From the NCBI GenBank assembly GCA_015228685.1, contig JADGCY010000009.1:103589-167588 (forward strand): DNA of 64,000 nucleotides, written 5' to 3'. Position numbers and translations under genes: made by a program. Below the pieces are notes generated by a model. The model searched no databases, was not told where the DNA came from, and worked only from the letters and a program-made list of their open reading frames with translations. How positions within the stretch are numbered: position 1 is the stretch's first letter; every line of letters starts with the position of its first letter. This DNA is from Desulfobacterales bacterium. GTDB lineage: Bacteria; Desulfobacterota; Desulfobacteria; Desulfobacterales; YD0425bin51. Positions 30,454-41,209 of this stretch are shown one piece after another.

Positions 30454-32076
30454 TTAATATTTTTTTTTCGATTCAAGTAAATAAAGAAAAGATATAAGAA
30501 TACTTAACGCCAAATATCCTGCTGTGAAGTGCCATCCCATAGCAGAATAGGGTTCCCATGGCCAGTATAACGCACCTTGAGGTGATACTGAATGAATGAA
30601 ACCAAAAGAGGTCATAAAAGCAGAAATAAGAGCAAATAGAGCCGCTTGTAATAGTTTACGATCAATAATTAAAGCCCCAATTGAGCCCCACAACATTCCT
30701 GTTAAGATAAATCCTTGTCCAAGCCCTCTTACTATCTCAGCATCCACATGTAAACTTACCTCTGAAATAACTGCATGTATTGTTTTGACATTGTCACCTA
30801 ATGTTCCGGCTATGGCATCAATTGACCCTCGTAATTTACCTAATAATGTATCTTGTCTTATTAAAAGCAGATCCATAACAATAGGCAAAAAAGCCAATGT
30901 AACTGCTGGCGAATATTTTTTTTCGGTTTCATGATAAGCTTGTTCTGTAATATTCAATCCAATAAATAATAAAATAGGAACTACAGCAGCAATAGGCAAA
31001 GCCCCAACTATAAAAGATACATAACCTAAAATTCCTCCTAAACCAACAAAAAGGCCTGTTGCTAATGTATATCCAGCGCTAGCTCCCATTTGCTTATAAG
31101 CAGGATGGCCAATATAGGGAGTTGATTGAACAACGCCGCCAAACAATCCAGCAATTATTGTTGCAAAAGCCTCCACTAGTAAGATATTGCGTGTTGAATA
31201 GTCATCTCCTGCAACTTTAGCGCTTTCAGTGTTGTTGATACCTCCAATAATGGTAAGTAAACCAAAAGGGATTGCCAGTGCAAGATATTTAATAGCTAAA
31301 GGAATAGAAGTAAACCCTATAAGTGTTGGTATTGGTAGAGCAAAGTGAACTTCAAGTTTTGGCATAACAAAATGTAAGCTTCCTAACAAACCAAGTGGAC
31401 CTAAAATATAGTATAAAATAGTTCCTAATAATACAGCGGCAGCAGCGCCAGGAATATTATAAGGAAGAGAACATTTAGCAACTAATGTATAAAAAATAAG
31501 TCCAAGACAAACAAGACCAATAACTGGAGCTTTAAACATTTCAATTAATGGCAATATAGAGAGCAATGCTAAACCAATTCCTCCGAGAGAACCTAATAAA
31601 CCTGCTTTAGGAACATGCTTTCGAATAGTTTCTCCCAAAAAAGAGGACAAAAGTTTGATTATACCCATCATCCACATTACTGCCATTCCTACAACCCATG
31701 CACCATGAGCAGCTTGTTGAGTAGCATTTGCTATATCCAAGCCCTGAGATACTAAGTCCTGTTTTAATCCAATGAAAGCAGGACCTAAAATTGCCATTGC
31801 AATTCCAATTGTAGAAGGGGTATCTAATCCTAAAGGCATTGCTGTAGTCTCTTTGTTAGTCTTTTTAGCTAACCTGACAGCCATATAAGTGTAGGCAACA
31901 TCTCCAAAAAGAACTCCTAAAGCAGTACCAGGAATCATGTATTTATATATGAATTCTAAAGGAAATCCGAATACTTTTGATAAAATACTGGCAAGTACTA
32001 CAAGGTTTAGCATGTTATCCAACATGAGAGCAAAAAATGCGTTCCAATCACCTCTCGCGAATATTCTATAATTCAT
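30454..32076 (-). CDS. Polytopic inner-membrane permease (family uncertain; possibly NCS2/AzgA-like)
   Basis: 540 aa with more than 12 hydrophobic helices, Gly-rich. No diagnostic motif was recognised by eye. Confidence 0.45.
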   Translation of the reverse strand: MNYRIFARGDWNAFFALMLDNMLNLVVLASILSKVFGFPLEFIYKYMIPGTALGVLFGDVAYTYMAVRLAKKTNKETTAMPLGLDTPSTIGIAMAILGPAFIGLKQDLVSQGLDIANATQQAAHGAWVVGMAVMWMMGIIKLLSSFLGETIRKHVPKAGLLGSLGGIGLALLSILPLIEMFKAPVIGLVCLGLIFYTLVAKCSLPYNIPGAAAAVLLGTILYYILGPLGLLGSLHFVMPKLEVHFALPIPTLIGFTSIPLAIKYLALAIPFGLLTIIGGINNTESAKVAGDDYSTRNILLVEAFATIIAGLFGGVVQSTPYIGHPAYKQMGASAGYTLATGLFVGLGGILGYVSFIVGALPIAAVVPILLFIGLNITEQAYHETEKKYSPAVTLAFLPIVMDLLLIRQDTLLGKLRGSIDAIAGTLGDNVKTIHAVISEVSLHVDAEIVRGLGQGFILTGMLWGSIGALIIDRKLLQAALFALISAFMTSFGFIHSVSPQGALYWPWEPYSAMGWHFTAGYLALSILISFLYLLESKKKY

Positions 32077-32078
32077 AT

Positions 32079-32483
32079 TTAATGACCATGTTTATTATGA
32101 TGCTTATTATGTTTATCCCAATTTTTTTGATTACCATTTTCATGATTACCATAGTTGGGTTCATACTCTTTTGATTTGATGAAATATACAGGCTCATTAC
32201 ATGCATTATACCTATGACAATGTTTGCTCCATTTTTTTTGATGTCCTGGCGGAACATGTAAATATATTGGTTTTTTGTGATGTTTATGAGTTTGTGGCAT
32301 TATAATAATTGGATTAGTATTAATTATAGGTGGCGGTGGATTATTACCAATAACAACTCGTCCGTAAACACCTGGCTTTACTTCTCCTTCAATACTGACA
32401 CCAACATTTAAGTCAGAAGCAAATGCAAAACCTGAAAAGAATGTTATTGATGCTATGAAAATAATAAAAATAAATTTACACAT
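32079..32483 (-). CDS. Small secreted His/Lys/Pro-rich protein (putative metal-binding)
   Basis: Signal peptide MCKFIFIIFIASITFFSGFAFA. It has a poly-Pro stretch and a His-rich C-terminus (HKHHKKP...HCHRYN...NKHHNKHGH). Confidence 0.5.
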   Translation of the reverse strand: MCKFIFIIFIASITFFSGFAFASDLNVGVSIEGEVKPGVYGRVVIGNNPPPPIINTNPIIIMPQTHKHHKKPIYLHVPPGHQKKWSKHCHRYNACNEPVYFIKSKEYEPNYGNHENGNQKNWDKHNKHHNKHGH

Positions 32484-32589
32484 AATAGTTTTCCTTTTTA
32501 ATTGTTTAATTAATCAGATATAAGAAATATTACAAAAATAAAGGTACATGTCAAATATATATATTTGAGTAAATATTTTGGGGGTTTTT

Positions 32590-33075
32590 ATGAATAATAG
32601 AATTGAAATTTTAATTAAAAATCTTAGACTATCACCACATCCTGAGGGTGGATATTATCGGGAAGTATTTAGGTCTGAAGCTAATGTTCTACGTAAAGAG
32701 AATGGCTCAGAGAGACAAGCTATTACAGCAATATATTTTTTGCTTACAAAAGGTCAATATAGCAGATGGCATAGTGTACATTCAGATGAAATATGGAGCC
32801 ATATTGAAGGTTATCCCATTGAACTTTCCTGTTTTGATGAGAAACAAAATAGTATCAATAGATTTAGACTAGGAACATATGACTTTGAAACAGAGCCTAT
32901 AAGAGTAATATCAAGAGGTCTGTGGCAAGCTGCAAAGCCTTTGGGAGAGTATTCATTGGTAGGATGCTATGTTGGACCTGGTTTTGATTTTAAAGATTTT
33001 AGGTTTGCTGCAGAGTACCCTGAAATATCTGCAGCTATTAAGACACACGGGACTTATTTTGCTGAATTGCTATAA
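32590..33075 (+). CDS. DUF985 cupin-family protein
   Basis: The motif LSPHPEGGYYREVFRS matches the DUF985/cupin_5 N-terminus. Confidence 0.6.
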   Translation: MNNRIEILIKNLRLSPHPEGGYYREVFRSEANVLRKENGSERQAITAIYFLLTKGQYSRWHSVHSDEIWSHIEGYPIELSCFDEKQNSINRFRLGTYDFETEPIRVISRGLWQAAKPLGEYSLVGCYVGPGFDFKDFRFAAEYPEISAAIKTHGTYFAELL

Positions 33076-34377
33076 TTTAGGAATAATAAGTGGTATATTA
33101 GCCTTTGTACCTTTAAATTTTGCAATTATTAATAGTTTTAATGATTCTATTATGCCAATTGGCACAAGATTTAAAGGTGAGATATTCATCCATTTTGTAA
33201 GACTGTTTATAGTTTCAGCAAGGTTATTACAACCAGTTGATACAGTTATATTATGTTTTCCTAACTTGTAGCTTAAATACTGGTACCATTCACTAATGGC
33301 GCAATCTCCAGCAATATGTACTTTTTCTTTAATGTTCTCTATTTCCTTTTTATCAATTCCTTTACCCATTAAAATTGTAAATCCACCAGTCCCTTTAAAG
33401 TCTTTTGCAAAAACTTCCAATACAGCTTCAGTATTTCTTTTGCATCCTTCTCTGCAGCATCTTTTTTTGCCGCGAATAATTGTTATATCAGAAGGGAATT
33501 CTTCTAAAAGCTCACAGCTAAATTTTTGTTTTCTTTCTTTAAAAATGAAACTATTCTCTATTTCTATTTTTTCAAAATTTGATTCTCCTATTTTATATTG
33601 AGCGCATAATTTTAGATGTTCAACTTCCTCTATATCAAATCCTAAAAATTTTGCTCCAACTATATCTACAGCTAAAGAGTCATTACCGCCAAAAATGACA
33701 TTCATAGGAATTACACATTTCTCTTTATCAGCAAAAGCTGGATAATGTCCGTAATTTGTAGCAAAAATTCCATCAACCAAAGTAAAATCAGGTTGAATAT
33801 TTGCATAGATATCTGCTAATTTTTGATGGAGCCGAAAATTATGATCATGAATACGACTCATATGATGTATTAAGCCAAATTGATTTTTTATTCCTAAGGT
33901 AACGGTTGTCATGGAATGAGTTTTTAGTTTAGGTATAGAAATATACAGATTATCTTTTCGATTTTGTATCAGATGTTCATTAACGAAATCAGGAATTTGA
34001 ACAAAACTTTGAAGGATAGGGAGAAACATTGGAATTTGATCTGTTTCATCTAAAAAAATAGGAATAGCTCCTATTTTTTTACACATCGTATTCATTCCAA
34101 TAATATCAAAAACCAATCTAGTTATATTTCCCTGGGTACTATTTTCGATAATATAGACATTTTTTGCCCCACAGTTAAAAAAATACTTAGCAGCAGCTTC
34201 AACTACTTCAACAGAAGTATAAACATAAGGCTTGAAATCAATGGCGTTTACTTTTAAATAAACATTTTGAGATGATTTAAGCATTCCTTTGCCACCGCCA
34301 AAAGCTTCAAATACATCTGATACTGCATTATAAATGCTCTTATTTTTTAATGAATCTTGAAAAACAACTTTTGTCAT
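33070..34377 (-). CDS. DUF362 domain protein with C-terminal Cys-rich extension
   Basis: The N-terminal region resembles DUF362 (VYLKVNAID..., putative Fe-S). The C-terminal third has a CC..C..C cluster (KKRCCREGCKRN, IAGDCAISEW). Confidence 0.6.
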   Translation of the reverse strand: MTKVVFQDSLKNKSIYNAVSDVFEAFGGGKGMLKSSQNVYLKVNAIDFKPYVYTSVEVVEAAAKYFFNCGAKNVYIIENSTQGNITRLVFDIIGMNTMCKKIGAIPIFLDETDQIPMFLPILQSFVQIPDFVNEHLIQNRKDNLYISIPKLKTHSMTTVTLGIKNQFGLIHHMSRIHDHNFRLHQKLADIYANIQPDFTLVDGIFATNYGHYPAFADKEKCVIPMNVIFGGNDSLAVDIVGAKFLGFDIEEVEHLKLCAQYKIGESNFEKIEIENSFIFKERKQKFSCELLEEFPSDITIIRGKKRCCREGCKRNTEAVLEVFAKDFKGTGGFTILMGKGIDKKEIENIKEKVHIAGDCAISEWYQYLSYKLGKHNITVSTGCNNLAETINSLTKWMNISPLNLVPIGIIESLKLLIIAKFKGTKANIPLIIPKL

Positions 34378-34475
34378 TTCTTGTTACCTCTTTTTTCATG
34401 ATTTTTTTTGCGAATTATGTTAGTCTTATTAGCTTAATATGACAATAACTTTCTAATTAAGAGGAACAAAAAATT

Positions 34476-36008
34476 ATGAAAAAAATTATGTTTATTACTA
34501 TTTTTATTTTGATGGGAAGTTCTTTAGTATCATGCTTTGCCTGCACAACGATTATAGTAGGGAGTAAAGCTACAAATGACGGTTCTATTATTATTGCAAG
34601 AAATGAGGACAGCAGTACTGCTCATGATGCTCAAAATATGATATATCATCCAGTTCACAAAGAAAGTTTTCTTTTTAATTCAAATTCAATTGATAATCCA
34701 AATTCTAATAAATTTACTTATAAATTACCTAAAAATTCCTTATCATATATAGCTTTTCCTCATTGGTCATCAAGCTTAAAAGAAAATTATTCTTTTGAGG
34801 AAACCGGAATAAATGAATATGGAGTAGCAATATCTGCTACTGAAACAATTTTTAATAGCGATAAGGCTTTGAAAATAGATCCATATCTTTTAATAACAGG
34901 CACAACTGAAGATTCAATTACGTCTGTTGTATTGCCACAGGCAACATCTGCTAAAGAAGGAGTAAGAATATTAGGAAATATTGTTGAAAACATAGGAGCA
35001 GGGGAAGGTTTTGGCGTAGCATTTAGCGATAGGAATGAAGCTTGGTATTTAGAAACAGCATCAGGTCATCATTGGCTTGCAATGAGAATACCTGATGATT
35101 CATATTTCGTTTCTGCAAATCAAGGAAGGTTCCAAGAGGCAGAATTAAATGATACAATGAATGTTTTATCTTCAAAAGGATTATTGGATTTTGCAATATC
35201 AAATAAATTATTTGATCCTAAACAAGAACCCTTTAATTTTTTTAAGTGTTATATCTCAAATACTCCACATGACATAACTTACAATTATCCAAGAGTTAAA
35301 ACATTATTACAAATATATTCAAATTATAATTATGATAAAAATGATGGTTTATATCCTGTATTTATGCAGCCTAAAAAAAAGATGACAGTATGGGATGTTG
35401 CTGCAGGTTTAAGAAACAAATACAACGGTACACCAAATGATCCTTATCAGACTAAAAATCCAAAAGAGATTAATCGACCTATTTGCGTACTTAGAGCATC
35501 TCTTTCACATATAACTCAAACCAGACCAGATTTACCTGATGATATAGCTTACACTCAATATATCGCTTTAGGCATGACTGATTTGTCAGTATATATACCA
35601 TTTTATAAAGGTATAACAAATATTCCAAAGGAATATCAGGGAGCAAAAGATAAAGCAGACAATGATTCTATGTTTTGGAAGTATCGTAAAATGCAAGTTT
35701 TGGTTTTGCAGGATTATCCCCGTTTCTCACCTATGGTTCATGCATCTATATCAAAATTTGAAAAGGATATTTCACTTAAACAGGCTGAAATGGAAAAAAA
35801 ATATTTAAATATATATCTAAAAGATCGTGCTTTGGCTAAAAAAATAATTCAGGACTTTACTAACACAATTATTGCTAAAGAAAGCAAGATGGTCTCAGAT
35901 ATTACTACTAAGATAGCTAAAGCTTTGGGAATGGAAAATCTAACAAATGAACAGTACACAGATTTATTAAACAAAACAGAAGCAACATACCATTTCCACG
36001 GAGCATAA
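34476..36008 (+). CDS. Peptidase family C69 dipeptidase (Ntn-hydrolase), secreted
   Basis: Signal peptide, then CTTIIVG with the N-terminal nucleophile Cys as in C69 dipeptidases. Length 510 aa. Confidence 0.75.
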   Translation: MKKIMFITIFILMGSSLVSCFACTTIIVGSKATNDGSIIIARNEDSSTAHDAQNMIYHPVHKESFLFNSNSIDNPNSNKFTYKLPKNSLSYIAFPHWSSSLKENYSFEETGINEYGVAISATETIFNSDKALKIDPYLLITGTTEDSITSVVLPQATSAKEGVRILGNIVENIGAGEGFGVAFSDRNEAWYLETASGHHWLAMRIPDDSYFVSANQGRFQEAELNDTMNVLSSKGLLDFAISNKLFDPKQEPFNFFKCYISNTPHDITYNYPRVKTLLQIYSNYNYDKNDGLYPVFMQPKKKMTVWDVAAGLRNKYNGTPNDPYQTKNPKEINRPICVLRASLSHITQTRPDLPDDIAYTQYIALGMTDLSVYIPFYKGITNIPKEYQGAKDKADNDSMFWKYRKMQVLVLQDYPRFSPMVHASISKFEKDISLKQAEMEKKYLNIYLKDRALAKKIIQDFTNTIIAKESKMVSDITTKIAKALGMENLTNEQYTDLLNKTEATYHFHGA

Positions 36009-36017
36009 TAATAATTT

Positions 36018-36055
36018 GGGTAGTCTTCCACGTTGGTGACTACCCAAAAATTTTT
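36018..36055. terminator. Bidirectional intrinsic terminator-like hairpin between convergent genes
   Basis: GGGTAGTC-(12 nt loop)-GACTACCC perfect 8-bp stem followed by AAAAATTTTT. It lies between the convergent stops at 36008 and 36074. Confidence 0.5.
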
Positions 36056-36073
36056 GTCATTAATTCCTTCAGT

Positions 36074-37444
36074 TTAAAGAGCTTGAGAATCCATTTTCGT
36101 TATACGCCCGCTTTGGGAATAATAATATAGATCAACGTATTCAGCCGAATCATTTTTTTTGGGGGTTGTTATTACGACAAAAGTCATTGTCGGAGATTTG
36201 TTTTTATCAATCCATGTTCCTGAGTTAGCATAAATCGTTTTTTGAGATTTATGGTTTTTAGAAGGAATAATTCTGGCTTCGTGAGAATGCCCGAATACGA
36301 CGATTCTCTTGTCGGAATTCTTGTTAGCAAAGTATTGTACCACTGCCTGATCGTCAGTACCGCTAGCCGAATCCGCTTTGATAAGAGCTTCTTTTACTGG
36401 AATTTTGACTGCTACTCTGTTTAGTATTTGCCTTTCATCCCATGTATCCTGAATACCTTTATATAGCGAAAATTCAATAAATCCGCCAGGAGATAATTGA
36501 TACGGCATTATATCGTTTATCGAATAAGTACTGGTGAATCCGTCTATATTGGTTTGTATAATTTTTTCGTCAAATCTTTCTTTTATAGGTAACTCAGTCA
36601 TTAGCTTATTCCAGATATTCCAATATATATAAGCAAGTGTTTGGCTTTCGCCCAGTTTATTTGGGGTTACAGGCGGCATTGTGCTGCCAGCTTTTGGATG
36701 TCTTTCCACAACAGAAGTTGTCGCAATTCTTGTAAAAAAATACCCTGGTGGAAGTATAGAGCCTGCTGCTATGGATTTGTTCGAAATTGGATCAGGTGCG
36801 CAGAAAAAATTATAACGGTGTCCGTGTTCAATTATTATTTCGGAATGACCGTCTGGCGAATATGCGCCCAAGCCATTAACATCTCTAGCTTCCGATATTC
36901 CTGGTAGAATACTCTGAATATCCTCCGAGGATATTAATAAATCGTGATTTCCCGGTACATACGTAACTTTAATTTTACCATCTTTAATTATACTGTTAAA
37001 GGCGTCTATTACAGTTTTATTGTTCAGAGCTATAGATTTAACGAAGTCTAATTGTGTCTTTCCCTTAAAAGTGTTCTCTGCCGCAGGGATAAACCATTCA
37101 TCGAGAAGATCTCCTGCTATCACAAGTTCTTTGACATTTGGAGATAATCTAATTTGATTAAGAAACTTCACAAGCGCTCCACGGTTTTTGTTACACTCCG
37201 TATAGTTATCGTTTGCGCCTAAATGAATATCGCTGATACAGACTATCAGTGTCCTTTCTTTGTTCAGCTTTGCAGTGCTTTTACTTTCAAGAATAAAAGG
37301 ATTATAAGCTTTATCTGATACTGGTCTGATTGATTTTGTAGTTAAAATAGGTGTTGATTCCTTTGTAGACTCAGCCCATGCAAAACACCATAGAGATGTA
37401 AAAAAAGAGATTAGGAAGAGTGTAAAATTAATTTTTATTTTCAT
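36074..37444 (-). CDS. Secreted calcineurin-like metallophosphoesterase
   Basis: Signal peptide. MPE motifs GDLLDEW, VPGNHD and GHSHEA. Confidence 0.75.
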   Translation of the reverse strand: MKIKINFTLFLISFFTSLWCFAWAESTKESTPILTTKSIRPVSDKAYNPFILESKSTAKLNKERTLIVCISDIHLGANDNYTECNKNRGALVKFLNQIRLSPNVKELVIAGDLLDEWFIPAAENTFKGKTQLDFVKSIALNNKTVIDAFNSIIKDGKIKVTYVPGNHDLLISSEDIQSILPGISEARDVNGLGAYSPDGHSEIIIEHGHRYNFFCAPDPISNKSIAAGSILPPGYFFTRIATTSVVERHPKAGSTMPPVTPNKLGESQTLAYIYWNIWNKLMTELPIKERFDEKIIQTNIDGFTSTYSINDIMPYQLSPGGFIEFSLYKGIQDTWDERQILNRVAVKIPVKEALIKADSASGTDDQAVVQYFANKNSDKRIVVFGHSHEARIIPSKNHKSQKTIYANSGTWIDKNKSPTMTFVVITTPKKNDSAEYVDLYYYSQSGRITKMDSQAL

Positions 37445-37719
37445 TTTGAACCTCGCTAAGTAAAATAGTTATAGTTAATAAACTTTCTTTATACATACTT
37501 TATAAATACTTATTAAGCAAAGTAAAAAAACTGACATCTAAATAATGTTTTTCTTTTTTTGTAGATTTTTTTATTATAATTATTATATGATATTTTAATA
37601 TAAAAAGAGATATTAGGAGATATCATGGGGTATCATAGTATATTAGATACATTATTTCCTATGGTATTTCATAAATTTACACAAATTAATGTTGTCAATG
37701 TTATGATATAAGGTGGTGA

Positions 37720-38997
37720 ATGATATTTTTATATAATTTAATTATCGTTCTATTTTTAACTATTAGTTTTCCTTTTATTATATTAATAATGTTTTTCTCA
37801 AAAAAAAGACGGAAAACATTTTTGCATAGACTTGGAATTAAGCCGTTTTTTATTGACAATAGATGTCATAACAAAAAAAATATCTGGATACATGCCTTAT
37901 CAGTTGGGGAAGTTTTATCTGCTGTTCCTCTTGTGAAAGCAGTAAAAACAAATTTTCCTGAAGATAATATTCTTTTTTCCATGTCAACTCAAACTGGTTT
38001 TGAAGTAGCAATAAATGAGCTTAAAGAAGTTGCTGATACTCTTTTTTTCTATCCTTATGATCTTTTAATCTCTGTAAAGCATATAATTAAAAAAATAAAT
38101 CCAAGTATTGTCATAATTGTTGAATCCGATATATGGCTGAATTTTCTAAATGAACTTAAAAATAAAAATATTCCTGTAATACTTATAAATGCAAGATTGT
38201 CAGAGAGATCTTTTTCACGATATAGAAATTTTTCCAAAACAGCATCTAAGATATTTAATTATTTTTCAAGTATTTGTACTCAATCTTATGAAGATTTAAA
38301 AAGATTTAATGCTCTAAATATTCCATCGCATAAGGTTAAGATAACAGGAAATATCAAATTTGATCAAACAGTTAAAGCTTTAAATAGCGATGAATTAGAA
38401 AATTATAAATTATTATTTAAAATAGAGCCAAATCAAAAAGTTATTTTAGCTGGAAGCACTCATAAAGGAGAGGAATTGATTTTATCAGATGCTTTTTTAA
38501 AGTTAAAACATTTTAATATTAAATTCATTGTTGTTCCAAGAGATCCAACTCGTTCTCTGGATGTTTTTAATATATTTAAATCCAAAGGTTTTTCAGTTTC
38601 TCTAATGAGTGAAATAGATAAAAAAAATAGTTCAGATGTTATTATTGTAAATGTTATAGGAGTTTTAAGAAATCTTTATGCTTTAAGTGATATAGCATTT
38701 GTGGGAGGGAGTTTAGTTAACTGCGGAGGGCATAATCCATTAGAGCCTGCGTTTTTTTCAAAGCCTATTTTGTTTGGTCATGATATGAGCGATTTTAGGG
38801 ATATAGCTCGGTGTTTACTAGAATCAGGCGGAGCTGTGGAAGTTAACAGCATAAACATCTATGATACATTAGAAGCTCTTATTTCTAATCCTCAAAAAAT
38901 AAAAAAAATGGGTATAGATTCTTATAAGGTTTTTTCACAAAACAAAGGGGCAATAGATAATACTTTAAAGGTTATACAGTTATGCAAAATAGAATAG
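37720..38997 (+). CDS. waaA: 3-deoxy-D-manno-octulosonic acid (Kdo) transferase
   Basis: N-terminal TM, then IHALSVGEVLSAVPLV (KdtA signature) and a GT-B C-terminal domain. Confidence 0.85.
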   Translation: MIFLYNLIIVLFLTISFPFIILIMFFSKKRRKTFLHRLGIKPFFIDNRCHNKKNIWIHALSVGEVLSAVPLVKAVKTNFPEDNILFSMSTQTGFEVAINELKEVADTLFFYPYDLLISVKHIIKKINPSIVIIVESDIWLNFLNELKNKNIPVILINARLSERSFSRYRNFSKTASKIFNYFSSICTQSYEDLKRFNALNIPSHKVKITGNIKFDQTVKALNSDELENYKLLFKIEPNQKVILAGSTHKGEELILSDAFLKLKHFNIKFIVVPRDPTRSLDVFNIFKSKGFSVSLMSEIDKKNSSDVIIVNVIGVLRNLYALSDIAFVGGSLVNCGGHNPLEPAFFSKPILFGHDMSDFRDIARCLLESGGAVEVNSINIYDTLEALISNPQKIKKMGIDSYKVFSQNKGAIDNTLKVIQLCKIE

Positions 38998-39992
38998 AAC
39001 AAATAATTAATAATCAAGATAGCAATCGTTATCTATTTTTTTATCTTATATCTCTTTTGTATGGTTATGTAATGAATATCAGAGCTAAATACTATAAAAA
39101 ACATGGAACAAAATCTCTTCCTTGCAAGGTGATTTCCATTGGCAACTTGACTGTAGGAGGAACAGGTAAAACTCCTACAACAATATATATTGCAAAATTA
39201 GTTAAAGACTTAGGATATAAAACAGCAGTTATCAGCAGAGGTTATAGAGGATCAAAAGAAAAAACAGGCGGGGTAGTAAGCAACGGCAAAAATATTTTTA
39301 TGTCAGTCGAGGAAGCTGGTGATGAGCCTTTTATGATGGCAAATATATTAGAGGGAATACCAGTTTTTATTGGGAAAGATAGGTTTAATATCGGAATGTT
39401 GGCTTTTAAAACTTTTAAACCAGATATTATTATTTTAGATGATGCATTCCAACACCTTAAAGTTATGAGAGATATTAATCTTTTGCTCTTGGATTCTAAT
39501 AAACCATTTGGTAACGGATATATCCTTCCAAGGGGTACTTTAAGAGAGCCAATATCATCAATAAACAGAGCTGATGCAATTATTTTTACAAGATATAACA
39601 CAAAATATTTGTTACCAGCTTTTAACACGGAAAAAACTTTTAAGTCTTTTTATATTCCAAATATTCCTGACTCTTTAGAATCACATAAAATTTTTGTTTT
39701 TTCAGGAATAGCTAAAAATAAAGATTTTAGAGAAATGTTATCGAATTTTGACATCAAAGGATTTATGGAATATCCAGACCATCATACATATAGCGAAAAA
39801 GATATCGAAAATATTATAGAATCTGCAAAAAAAAATGGGGCAGATATGTTAGTTACAACAGAAAAAGATTATGTAAAGATTGAAAATAAACTTAACATTT
39901 CAATCCCTATTATAAAAATAGGGATTGAAGTTTCCTTTGGAAATGATAACGAAAGGTTCAAAGATTTTATTAAAAAAAGGCTTTCTTTTTAA
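38982..39992 (+). CDS. lpxK: Tetraacyldisaccharide 4'-kinase
   Basis: P-loop GNLTVGGTGKTP typical of LpxK. It overlaps waaA by 16 nt. Confidence 0.85.
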   Translation: MQNRIEQIINNQDSNRYLFFYLISLLYGYVMNIRAKYYKKHGTKSLPCKVISIGNLTVGGTGKTPTTIYIAKLVKDLGYKTAVISRGYRGSKEKTGGVVSNGKNIFMSVEEAGDEPFMMANILEGIPVFIGKDRFNIGMLAFKTFKPDIIILDDAFQHLKVMRDINLLLLDSNKPFGNGYILPRGTLREPISSINRADAIIFTRYNTKYLLPAFNTEKTFKSFYIPNIPDSLESHKIFVFSGIAKNKDFREMLSNFDIKGFMEYPDHHTYSEKDIENIIESAKKNGADMLVTTEKDYVKIENKLNISIPIIKIGIEVSFGNDNERFKDFIKKRLSF

Positions 39993-41080
39993 GCAGATGG
40001 CATTATTAGAGGCAAAAATCCTTCTAATTTTCCCTTATCCTGAAGTACTTTTAACCCCATATCCCGTGTAGAAGCAGCTACTTCTTTAATATCTTGTCTT
40101 CTTATAAGTTCTATTGCATTCTCTTTGCATCCGGTTACACAAAGACCGCATCCAATACATAGTTTGTCATTAAATATTGGCATATTATCTTTCATTTCTA
40201 TTGCGGCCATTGGACAACGTTCATTTGCGCATATTCCGCATCCAGTACAAGATGTTTCATCACATTTAGGAATAAAACTTGAAAACATTACTACGTGTGG
40301 ATTTTTTTCTATAGTATAAGCACGTAAAAGTCCACAGCAGCATGGACAGCAATTACATATGAAAGTCAAACGATCCTGAGCATTGTTTATTTGGTGGACT
40401 AGTCCAAATTTATCAAATTCTTTCAATTTTTCTTTCATTTCTTCTTTTGTAATATATCTTCCAAATCCCCTTTCAACTAAATAAGTACAAGTATCATCAA
40501 AAAGCATACATGATTCACGAGGACTCTCGCATTTTTGTTCTACTTCACGACACGCGCATTTAGCAATACCTAAAACCTGTGATTTCTCAATCATTTCATA
40601 AACTTTTTCATATGTTAAAACACCTGGCTTTGACTCTATGGATTCCTGAATTGGAATGATCCTTGAAAAAGAGGTAGACTTGGAGCCAAATTCTCTGCTA
40701 GCTACTTTTAAATATACTTTCCATAAGTCTCTAAGCTTATCTAAATTTTTATTAGATTCAGGTTTCATATATGGGAATTCAAATAAACCAGGCATAATAG
40801 GAAGAAGAGCATAGTTCCATTCTCCATCCTTTTTTTTTGCAAAAACAACTCCTTTATTAGCAAGGGACTCTAAATGTTTAAAAGCTTCGTTATTTTCAAT
40901 ATTCATTTTTTTTGCAATTGATGGCAATGGAATTGGACGAAAAGTAAGGTTAGTTGCAATTTTTGCCTCTTCACAGGAAAAAAGTAATTTTAGGATTTCT
41001 ATTATTTCAGGAGAACTAGGACATCCTGTTGGATGACGATCAAGTAATTTTCTTAGTTCTTCATAAATTAAATCAGACAT
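39989..41080 (-). CDS. 4Fe-4S dicluster (ferredoxin-type) domain protein with additional Cys-rich region
   Basis: Two CxxCxxCxxxCP motifs (CTGCGICANERCP, CIGCGLCVTGC) plus a CNCCPCCCG cluster. Confidence 0.6.
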   Translation of the reverse strand: MSDLIYEELRKLLDRHPTGCPSSPEIIEILKLLFSCEEAKIATNLTFRPIPLPSIAKKMNIENNEAFKHLESLANKGVVFAKKKDGEWNYALLPIMPGLFEFPYMKPESNKNLDKLRDLWKVYLKVASREFGSKSTSFSRIIPIQESIESKPGVLTYEKVYEMIEKSQVLGIAKCACREVEQKCESPRESCMLFDDTCTYLVERGFGRYITKEEMKEKLKEFDKFGLVHQINNAQDRLTFICNCCPCCCGLLRAYTIEKNPHVVMFSSFIPKCDETSCTGCGICANERCPMAAIEMKDNMPIFNDKLCIGCGLCVTGCKENAIELIRRQDIKEVAASTRDMGLKVLQDKGKLEGFLPLIMPSA

Positions 41081-41209
41081 TTTTTTTGCCCCCCTGTTTT
41101 ATATTGTTATTATTATTTTCAAATAGATTACATTTTAGAATAATATTATGATTGACTTAAATGCAATATAAAATTAAATAATTCCCAAAATCATAACTAA
41201 AAAAGAAGA

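Noticed and set aside
32066-33271. Small ORFs 32066-32257, 32648-32872, 32969-33271
   Set aside because: They overlap, in other frames or strands, the His-rich protein, the cupin gene and the DUF362 gene. They have no independent signals.
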